From contig DILW01000171.1 in NCBI GenBank assembly GCA_002425245.1, positions 9,804 to 73,803 on the forward strand: a stretch of DNA of 64,000 bases, in the 5' to 3' direction. The stretch comes from Betaproteobacteria bacterium UBA5582. GTDB taxonomy: Bacteria > Pseudomonadota > Gammaproteobacteria > Burkholderiales > Rhodocyclaceae. This document shows positions 54,090-64,000 of the stretch, one piece after another (the first letter of the stretch is position 1; every line of letters starts with the position of its first letter). The notes under the pieces were generated by a model. It ran no database searches. It had not been told where the DNA came from and was given only the letters and a program-made list of their open reading frames with translations. Both the position numbers and the translations under genes were made by a program.

Positions 54090-55456
54090 GAAGGTTTAAT
54101 CTGATCGGCCGACTCGGCCCCGACGACACAAGTAGCGTCGAAACGGTCCAGTCCGATGCATGCACGTTTGAAATTGATTTTCTGGATGGTAACCGGCGGA
54201 TGGGTTTTGGCATTGGTGACGCGCTGGATCAACTTGCTTCCTTCGGGCTACGACCTTCTGAAAGGGGTATTGATCTTGTCGTCCTCGCGGCCCTCGTCAA
54301 CGCCGGTGATACGAGAGTCTCGCGAAAATTAAACGCGCAGGATGGCTGGACACGTGAGATCGATCTCTATGTTCCAGTGTCTGCCCCGGCGGTTTGGACC
54401 GCGAACACAAAATTGATCGAAGCGATGTTGCGCTTCTTATCAGGTGATCGGTGGCGCGTATTTTTCCGCGACCGAACAAAGAGAACTAACATCCTCGCTG
54501 TGACTCCTAAAGGCTTGGCGATCGATGGACTAACGAAGGTAAGCCTGCTGTCTGGCGGTTTGGATAGTCTCATTGGTGCTATCAATCTTTTGAGTAATCA
54601 AAACCAGCGTCCACTGTTTGTCAGCCACTATTGGGACAGCGAGACAGCTAAAGCTCAGACCTACATTCTTGATCGCCTGGAAACCAAGTTTGGCAAAGGT
54701 ACTTTCAAAAACCTTCGGGTGCGGCTTGGTTTCGATAGGCACCATCTCACTACCGGCGAAACCGAAAATACTCAGCGGGGACGGTCTTTCCTCTTCTATT
54801 CACTGGCGACACTTGCTGCGTCAGCAATCGACGGCCGAAGCACCGTCGATATTCCAGAGAATGGCCTCATCGCGCTCAACGTACCCCTTGATCCATTACG
54901 GTTTGGGGCACTTAGCACACGAACAGCACATCCGCACTTTATTGCAAGCATGCAGCGGTTAATCAATGCCCTTGCACTTGATGTCATATTGGACAACCCA
55001 TACAAGCACATGACGAAGGGAGAGATGGTCGCTAAATGCGCGGACAGAGCTTTCCTTAAAAAAATAGTTGCGAATTCAATGTCCTGCTCTTCGCCAGCAA
55101 AAGCACGTTATAAAAAACTCTCTCCTCGGCATTGTGGCTACTGTGTTCCATGCTTAATCCGCAGAGCTTCGCTTGAGTTTGGTCTTGATGGTAACGATGA
55201 AACGCTCTATACCATTGAAAATCTGAAAGCGCATATCTTGGCTTCCGATCAGCCAGAGGGGGAACACGTCCGATCCTTCCAACTAATGGCCAAGAGAATT
55301 AAAGCAAAACCTGTTCTTGCGAATATCCTTGTTCACAAACCTGGTCCACTTCATGAGGAACCAGCAGCGATAGAGGGTTACGCAGATGTGTTTCGACGCG
55401 GCGTCCTTGAAGTCGCTAAGCTCCTCGATAGTGTTCGGGCACGACCAGGCGGTTGA
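54086..55456 (+). CDS. qatC: QueC-like PP-loop ATPase (QatC-like)
   Basis: PP-loop LLSGGLDSLIGA and a Cys cluster CSSPA...HCGYCVPCLIRR. Confidence 0.8.
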   Translation: MRRFNLIGRLGPDDTSSVETVQSDACTFEIDFLDGNRRMGFGIGDALDQLASFGLRPSERGIDLVVLAALVNAGDTRVSRKLNAQDGWTREIDLYVPVSAPAVWTANTKLIEAMLRFLSGDRWRVFFRDRTKRTNILAVTPKGLAIDGLTKVSLLSGGLDSLIGAINLLSNQNQRPLFVSHYWDSETAKAQTYILDRLETKFGKGTFKNLRVRLGFDRHHLTTGETENTQRGRSFLFYSLATLAASAIDGRSTVDIPENGLIALNVPLDPLRFGALSTRTAHPHFIASMQRLINALALDVILDNPYKHMTKGEMVAKCADRAFLKKIVANSMSCSSPAKARYKKLSPRHCGYCVPCLIRRASLEFGLDGNDETLYTIENLKAHILASDQPEGEHVRSFQLMAKRIKAKPVLANILVHKPGPLHEEPAAIEGYADVFRRGVLEVAKLLDSVRARPGG

Positions 55457-56208
55457 CGATGCGGCCAGAATACGTCGACTTCCATACACATCTCGACCTC
55501 TATCCTAACCTTGCTCAAGCAATTGAAATCTGTAATCGCAAGCATGTAGCTACGTTAGCAGTCACGACAACCCCGAAAGCGTTCGAAAAAAACGTTGAGC
55601 TGTCTGCGAATAGCGAATTTGTAAGGGTTGGGCTCGGTCTACATCCTCAGCTCGTCGCCGACCGGCACTTAGAGATAGAGTTGTTTGAGAAACTCTTAGA
55701 ACGTACGCGTTATGTTGGTGAAATTGGACTTGATCGCAGCCCCGCTCATTACCATTCCTTTGATCTACAAAAGTCTGTCTTTGGCAGAATTCTTAGTGCC
55801 TGTTCGAAACATGGCGATAAGGTTTTGAGCATACACAGCGCCAGAGCAACAAAGCCAGTGTTAGATATGCTTGATGAGCACTTGCCGCCACATCGAGGGC
55901 GCATCGTCCTGCATTGGTTTTGCGGTAGTAAGTCCGATTTACGTAGGGCTGTTGATCGCGGCTGCTATTTTTCAGTAAACGAGGGTATGCTCGCTTCCGA
56001 TGCAGGCAAGCGTGTAATGCACGAAGTACCGATTGATCGGATACTGACAGAGACAGACGGTCCTTTCATCGTACGCGGTGAAAATCCCATTGAACCCGGC
56101 GATGTTGGCCGTGCTATCGAAATGATTGCTTCTTCCGTGGGCTTACAGCTCACGGAAACTCGCTACAAAATCCTTTCAAATCTCAAAAGACTCTTGCAGA
56201 GCGATTAG
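55453..56208 (+). CDS. qatD: TatD-family metal-dependent hydrolase/DNase (QatD-like)
   Basis: VDFHTHLD, SIHS, VLHWF and LTETDGPF motifs. Confidence 0.8.
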   Translation: MTMRPEYVDFHTHLDLYPNLAQAIEICNRKHVATLAVTTTPKAFEKNVELSANSEFVRVGLGLHPQLVADRHLEIELFEKLLERTRYVGEIGLDRSPAHYHSFDLQKSVFGRILSACSKHGDKVLSIHSARATKPVLDMLDEHLPPHRGRIVLHWFCGSKSDLRRAVDRGCYFSVNEGMLASDAGKRVMHEVPIDRILTETDGPFIVRGENPIEPGDVGRAIEMIASSVGLQLTETRYKILSNLKRLLQSD

Positions 56209-56236
56209 TGAGCCTTCCTCGATTTTATCGAGTCTG

Positions 56237-56291
56237 ATTCCCACGAAATCTAGACTTTTGGGAAAAATCTAGATGATCGTGGGATCCTACA
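56237..56291. repeat. gyrB-proximal (right-type) end of element Y
   Basis: 52/55 identical to 43886-43940. It contains the inverted repeat CCCACGA...TCGTGGG and two AAATCTAGA copies. Confidence 0.8.
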
Positions 56292-56296
56292 AAGCC
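56292..56296. repeat. Right copy of the 5-bp TSD AAGCC of element Y
   Basis: Identical to 43943-47. It is followed by GG and then TCA, the gyrB stop. Confidence 0.8.
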
Positions 56297-56298
56297 GG

Positions 56299-59953
<3,655 letters not shown>

Positions 59954-60162
59954 AAATTAAATTCCTTAATAGACTATATCGGGAACAGTTCTGTGGATAA
60001 CTAAATATTTTTTATTTATTTCAACAACTTGAAGCAGTTTTTCTGGTCCGGCAAAGTCTCTGAATTGGCTGTGGATGAAAACTGGACAATTTTCCCACAA
60101 AGCGGAAAAGCACAGCATGTCCACATTCGCCCGACAGTTTATGCACAGACTTGTCTACAGCA
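59954..60162. promoter_or_regulatory. dnaA-dnaN intergenic DnaA-box cluster with AT-rich tract (candidate oriC/DUE or dnaN control region)
   Basis: One perfect box, TGTGGATAA (59992-60000). One-mismatch boxes are TGTGGATGA (60070-78) and TTATGCACA (60139-47), plus two weaker boxes. The AT-rich tract CTAAATATTTTTTATTTATTTCAA lies at 60001-24. Confidence 0.5.
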
Positions 60163-61551
60163 TCACCCTTTCAACACCTGAAGCAGCACGTGGAGATCGT
60201 GGTTCAGCTCGTTTTCCTTGGTGCGCAGCGAATCGATGGTCTTGACCGCATGGATCACCGTGGTGTGGTCACGACCCCCGAAGGCATCGCCGATTTCCGG
60301 GAAACTGTGCGAGGTCACTTCACGACACAGCCACATCGCCACCTGGCGCGGTCGGGCAATGGCTCGCGTGCGCTTCTTGGAGAAGAATTCGGCAACCTTG
60401 ATCTTGTAGTAGTCGGCAACGGTTTTCTGGATGTTGTCGATACCGACGTTGCGTACCGAACCGATCAGGTCCTTGAGCGCTTCCTTGGCCAGGTCGAGGG
60501 CGATGGCGCGGCCATGGAAGGAGGAATAGGCGAGCACCTTCTTCAGCGCGCCTTCGAGTTCGCGGACGTTGGAGCGCAAGTGCTTGGCAATGAAGAAGGC
60601 GACTTCGTCATCAAGGCGGATGCCTTCGGCTTCGGCCTTCTTCTGCAGGATGGCAACGCGCATTTCCAGCTCGGGCGGCTCGATCTGCACCGTCAGACCC
60701 CAGTCGAAGCGGGTCACCAGCCGGTCGTCGAGGCCGTTGATGTCCTTCGGGTAGGTATCGCAGGTGATGATGATCTGCTTGCGCGCTTCGATCAGCGCAT
60801 TGAACAGGAAGAAGAACTCTTCCTGCGAACGGTTCTTGCCATTGAAGAACTGGACATCGTCGAGCAGCAGCACGTCGAGCGAGCGATAGGTGCGCTTGAA
60901 GGTGTCGAAGGATTTCTGCTGGTAGGCGCGGACGACGTCGGAGTAGTAGTCCTCGGCATGGACGTAGCGGACGATCTTGTCCGGGTTGTCCTTGACGATG
61001 TGGTTGCCGATGGCGTGAATCAGGTGGGTCTTGCCCAGACCGGCGCCGCCGTAGATGAACAGCGGGTTATAGGCACCGCCCGGATTGCTGCCAACCTGCA
61101 GCGCGGCGGCGCGAGCCAGGTCGTTGGCCTTGCCGACGACGAGGTTGTCAAAAGTGAAATTGGAGAAAAGGCGCGACTTTTCATAGACCGACGCTGTCTT
61201 GGCCCGGGGTTTTTCCTGAGCCGGCGCGGGCGCCGGCTTGTTGTCCGGCCTGGCTTCCTCGGTGGCCGGCTTGGCGGCTTCGCTGCGCGGCGCACTCGTC
61301 TTGCCACTACCAATGACCAGAGCAATGCTGACCGGCGACGAATAAAAGGTGTTGCCGTAATCCTCTATGCGCGCCAGGTAACGGTCGCGTACCCACTTGA
61401 GAATGAAGCCGTTCGGTGCGATCAGTCGCAGGCCTTCTTCCAGCGCCTTGCTTTCGCCTTCCATGCGCAGGGGCTTGATCCAGGTGTTGAACTGCTGCGC
61501 GGGCAGCTCCTGTTCGAACCTTTGCAAACAGGATTCCCAAAAACCGCTCAT
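60163..61551 (-). CDS. dnaA: Chromosomal replication initiator protein DnaA
   Basis: Starts MSGFWESCLQRFEQELPAQQFNTWIKPL. It has AAA+ Walker A GGAGLGKTHL and the C-terminal DNA-binding motif DHTTVIHA. Confidence 0.95.
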   Translation of the reverse strand: MSGFWESCLQRFEQELPAQQFNTWIKPLRMEGESKALEEGLRLIAPNGFILKWVRDRYLARIEDYGNTFYSSPVSIALVIGSGKTSAPRSEAAKPATEEARPDNKPAPAPAQEKPRAKTASVYEKSRLFSNFTFDNLVVGKANDLARAAALQVGSNPGGAYNPLFIYGGAGLGKTHLIHAIGNHIVKDNPDKIVRYVHAEDYYSDVVRAYQQKSFDTFKRTYRSLDVLLLDDVQFFNGKNRSQEEFFFLFNALIEARKQIIITCDTYPKDINGLDDRLVTRFDWGLTVQIEPPELEMRVAILQKKAEAEGIRLDDEVAFFIAKHLRSNVRELEGALKKVLAYSSFHGRAIALDLAKEALKDLIGSVRNVGIDNIQKTVADYYKIKVAEFFSKKRTRAIARPRQVAMWLCREVTSHSFPEIGDAFGGRDHTTVIHAVKTIDSLRTKENELNHDLHVLLQVLKG

Positions 61552-61690
61552 TGAAACTTTGGCTCCATACCGTACCATCCCAACGGTGATGGCGAATTTA
61601 TTATTTCTCTGATTCGAAAACGAATTTTCAATGAAATCGTCGCCCTGCCGGCGACCGACCAAGGCGCAATTCTACCCCGCGACGCACAGG

Positions 61691-61749
61691 TTATCCACAG
61701 CTTGTGGAAATAATACCGGTTGACAGCACTGGGTGAAACAGGGTGTAAT
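61691..61749 (+). promoter_or_regulatory. Perfect DnaA box TTATCCACA plus rpmH promoter (TTGACA-N18-TGTAAT)
   Basis: TTATCCACA at 61691-99 with a degenerate inverted box at 61703-11. TTGACA lies at 61720-25 and TGTAAT at 61744-49. Confidence 0.55.
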
Positions 61750-61785
61750 CACGCGTTTTTCTCCGCTCACTCAAGGAATTACGAC

Positions 61786-61920
61786 ATGAAACGCACGTAT
61801 CAACCGTCGGTCGTGCGCCGCAAGCGCACCCATGGCTTCCTGGTTCGTTCGCGCACCAAGGGTGGCCGTGCCGTCCTCGCTGCTCGCCGCGCCAAGGGTC
61901 GCAAGCGTCTGGCCGTTTAA
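61786..61920 (+). CDS. rpmH: 50S ribosomal protein L34
   Basis: [44 protein letters not shown]. Confidence 0.95.
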   Translation: MKRTYQPSVVRRKRTHGFLVRSRTKGGRAVLAARRAKGRKRLAV

Positions 61921-61937
61921 GCCGGACGCCTGGCGAA

Positions 61938-62309
61938 GTGGATGCAAGCTTCGCCCGACGCTATCGCCTGACCAAAACGGATGAGTTTTCATCCGTTTTT
62001 GGTTTCCGGAAGGCCATTCGCGGCACCTGGCTGATGCTGCACTACCAGCCTCGTGCCGAAGGTCATACCGATGCCAGGCTGGGCTTGGTCGTCGGGAAAA
62101 AACTGCTCAAGCGCGCCGTTGATCGCAACCGGCTCAAACGCATCGTACGCGAAGCTTTTCGCCTGCGCCGCAGCGCCTTGCCGGCCTGTGACCTGATCGT
62201 TCGTCTGGCCGTGAAGCCGCGTCCGTTCGACGGCAAATCGATCGCCGAGGACTTTGCCGCTTTGCTGGACCGTTTGTCACGCCCTCGTCACAGCGGGCGG
62301 TCAACATGA
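61938..62309 (+). CDS. rnpA: Ribonuclease P protein component
   Basis: 123 aa, basic, with KAIRGTW...[24 protein letters not shown]. It sits in the canonical position after rpmH. The start is GTG. Confidence 0.9.
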   Translation: MDASFARRYRLTKTDEFSSVFGFRKAIRGTWLMLHYQPRAEGHTDARLGLVVGKKLLKRAVDRNRLKRIVREAFRLRRSALPACDLIVRLAVKPRPFDGKSIAEDFAALLDRLSRPRHSGRST

Positions 62310-62515
62310 AACATTTCCTGATCGCACTGGTCCGCTTCTACCAGTACGCCATCAGTCCCATGCTCGGGCGGCGTTGCCGGTATTTTCCGACCTGTTCGGA
62401 ATATACGGTGGATGCCATCCACAAACATGGTGCCGTCAAGGGTGGCTGGCTAGGCATAAAACGCATCTGCCGCTGTCACCCATGGCACCCTGGCGGGTAT
62501 GATCCCGTACCCTGA
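62306..62515 (+). CDS. yidD: Membrane protein insertion efficiency factor YidD
   Basis: 69 aa: [29 protein letters not shown]...[13 protein letters not shown]. Confidence 0.9.
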   Translation: MKHFLIALVRFYQYAISPMLGRRCRYFPTCSEYTVDAIHKHGAVKGGWLGIKRICRCHPWHPGGYDPVP

Positions 62516-62541
62516 ACACCAATCAACTACGTAGGCAATTC

Positions 62542-64000
62542 ATGGATACCCGTCGCCTGATTCTGGTCATGATTTTCGCTTTCTCCAGCTTCATGCTGTG
62601 GGAAAAATGGCAGGAGTACAACCGTCCCAAGCCGGCTGCGGAAGCTGTCGAGGCGGTTGCCAATGCTGCCGTGGCTGCAGCCAACAACGCTACACCGACG
62701 CCCTCGGTCACCCTGCAGGCAGCAGGCAGCAACATTGCCACCGCTGTCGAGGCACCGGCCAGCACGGCTGAAACCTTCACCGTCCAGACCGACCTGATGA
62801 AGATCACGATTTCCACCCAGGGTGGCGATCTGGTCGGGTTGGAGTTGCTGAACTACAAGGAAAGCGACGACAAGGAACACAACTTCCAGTTGTTCGACGC
62901 CAAGCATCAATACTTTGCCCAGAGCGGCCTGATTGGCGAAGGTCTGCCGACCCACCGTACGCTCTTCCGTCGGGTCGATGGCCCGCTGCAATTGCAGGAA
63001 GGCAGCGATGAACTGAAGGTTCGCTTGGAAGCCGATGGTCCGGCCGGAGTGCGTATTGCCCGCATCCTGACCTTCAAGCGTTCTTCCTACGTGGTCGATG
63101 TGGCCTGGGAAATCGTCAACGGTTCCGACAAGCCGCTGGCTCCGCATGCCTACTTCCAGATTCAGCGTGACGATGGCGAACCGGCTGGCGGCAACTTCAT
63201 GATGCACACCTTCACCGGTCCGGCCGTCTATACCGAAGCCGAGAAGTACCAGAAGATGGCCTTCAAGGACATCGCCGAAAACAGCGCCAAGTTTGCCAAG
63301 ACTGCCGACAACGGCTGGCTGGCCATGGTCCAGCACTATTTCGTTGCGGCCTGGGTGCCGCAGCAGGGCGTTCAGCGCGAGTACTACATGCGCAAGCTGG
63401 ACAACAGCAAGCTCTTCCAGATGGGTGTGATCGTGCCGGTGGCCGAAGTTGGTCCGGGTACCAGCGCGCTGACTTCGGTTTCGCTGTTTGCCGGCCCGCA
63501 GGAACAGGCTGCCCTCAAGGCCCTGGCCCCTGGGCTTGACCTGGTCGTCGATTACGGCTGGCTGACGGTGATTGCGGCGCCGATTTTCTGGGCGTTGCAG
63601 TTCATTCACGGCATCGTCGGCAACTGGGGCTGGGCCATCGTCGTACTCACCGTGCTGATCAAGCTCGCTTTCTTCCCGCTGTCGGCGGCTTCGTACAAGT
63701 CGATGGCCAAGATGCGTCTGGTCACGCCGCGCCTGGTGCAGTTGAAGGAGCGCTACGGTGACGACAAGGCGCGTCTGAACCAGGAGATGATGAAGCTCTA
63801 TCAGACCGAGAAGATCAACCCGCTCGGCGGCTGCCTGCCCATCCTGATCCAGATTCCGGTGTTCATTGCCCTTTACTGGGTGCTGCTCGGTGCCGTCGAA
63901 ATGCGCGACGCACCGTGGATCCTGTGGATCACCGACCTGGCCGCACCCGATCCCTGGTACATCCTGCCGGTGATCATGGTGGCGTCAATGTTCATCCAGA
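62542..64000 (+). CDS. yidC: Membrane protein insertase YidC, 3' end beyond window
   Basis: The ATG at 62542 opens a frame that stays open to the window end. It starts MDTRRLILVMIFAFSSFMLWEKWQ and contains ...NWGWAIVVLTVLIKLAFFPLS...GCLPILIQIPVFIALYW. Confidence 0.9.
   Translation, partial: MDTRRLILVMIFAFSSFMLWEKWQEYNRPKPAAEAVEAVANAAVAAANNATPTPSVTLQAAGSNIATAVEAPASTAETFTVQTDLMKITISTQGGDLVGLELLNYKESDDKEHNFQLFDAKHQYFAQSGLIGEGLPTHRTLFRRVDGPLQLQEGSDELKVRLEADGPAGVRIARILTFKRSSYVVDVAWEIVNGSDKPLAPHAYFQIQRDDGEPAGGNFMMHTFTGPAVYTEAEKYQKMAFKDIAENSAKFAKTADNGWLAMVQHYFVAAWVPQQGVQREYYMRKLDNSKLFQMGVIVPVAEVGPGTSALTSVSLFAGPQEQAALKALAPGLDLVVDYGWLTVIAAPIFWALQFIHGIVGNWGWAIVVLTVLIKLAFFPLSAASYKSMAKMRLVTPRLVQLKERYGDDKARLNQEMMKLYQTEKINPLGGCLPILIQIPVFIALYWVLLGAVEMRDAPWILWITDLAAPDPWYILPVIMVASMFIQ

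Larger units (their letters stand above)
43948..56291 (-). mobile_element. Tn7-like transposon Y (12,344 bp): xre-tnsA-tnsB-tnsC-tniQ, small HTH gene, QatABCD cargo
   Basis: Termini are TGTAGGTTC (43948-) and GATCCTACA (-56291), with a perfect 5-bp TSD (AAGCC). The terminus lies 7 bp from the gyrB stop codon. Confidence 0.85.

Noticed and set aside
22358-56291. Possibility that the elements are CRISPR-associated transposons (CAST) or carry a second targeting protein (TnsE).
   Set aside because: No repeat-spacer array, no cas-like ORF and no tnsE-sized extra gene occur next to tniQ in either element. Only the TniQ/TnsD-type pathway is evident.

Overview
This is a high-GC, betaproteobacterial-type chromosome segment. 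It ends in the replication-origin gene block: gyrB-dnaN-dnaA on the minus strand, then rpmH-rnpA-yidD-yidC on the plus strand.

**1-16.8 kb: ordinary core genes.** These are apbE (5' partial), a 1436-aa hybrid sensor kinase with an HD-GYP response regulator, an orphan TssB/TssC-like fused sheath protein, dtd, an XRE regulator, an alanine symporter-aspA-ansA cluster, and a FIST protein with a PAS hybrid kinase.

**16.8-22.35 kb: a lower-GC, partly decayed islet.** It holds a gene fragment, tag, a broken deaminase, a cupin and an S8 autotransporter protease.

**22,358-56,291: two tandem Tn7-like transposons, the main finding.**
- Element X is 21,583 bp and element Y is 12,344 bp.
- Each encodes xre-tnsA-tnsB-tnsC-tniQ on the minus strand.
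- Each is bounded by TGTAGGTTC...GATCCTACA termini and a perfect 5-bp target-site duplication: ACAAG for X and AAGCC for Y.
- The duplications overlap in a 7-bp junction. This shows successive insertions into one site 1-7 bp downstream of the gyrB stop codon.
- Cargo lies between the gyrB-proximal end and the xre-tns operon, and tniQ abuts the distal end.
- X carries an uncharacterised 385-aa gene with an extra XRE paralog, a type I R-M operon (long HsdM, HsdS, HsdR, YgjP-like peptidase), and a CapP/CapH-regulated type III CBASS (CdnC, HORMA, TRIP13, Cap4-like nuclease-SAVED).
- Y carries QatABCD and a small coiled-coil/HTH gene.
- A conserved promoter-like, palindrome and hairpin module sits between xre and tnsA in both elements.

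No CRISPR array, tRNA or rRNA was seen. All calls come from reading the sequence and the ORF translations. No database search was possible.
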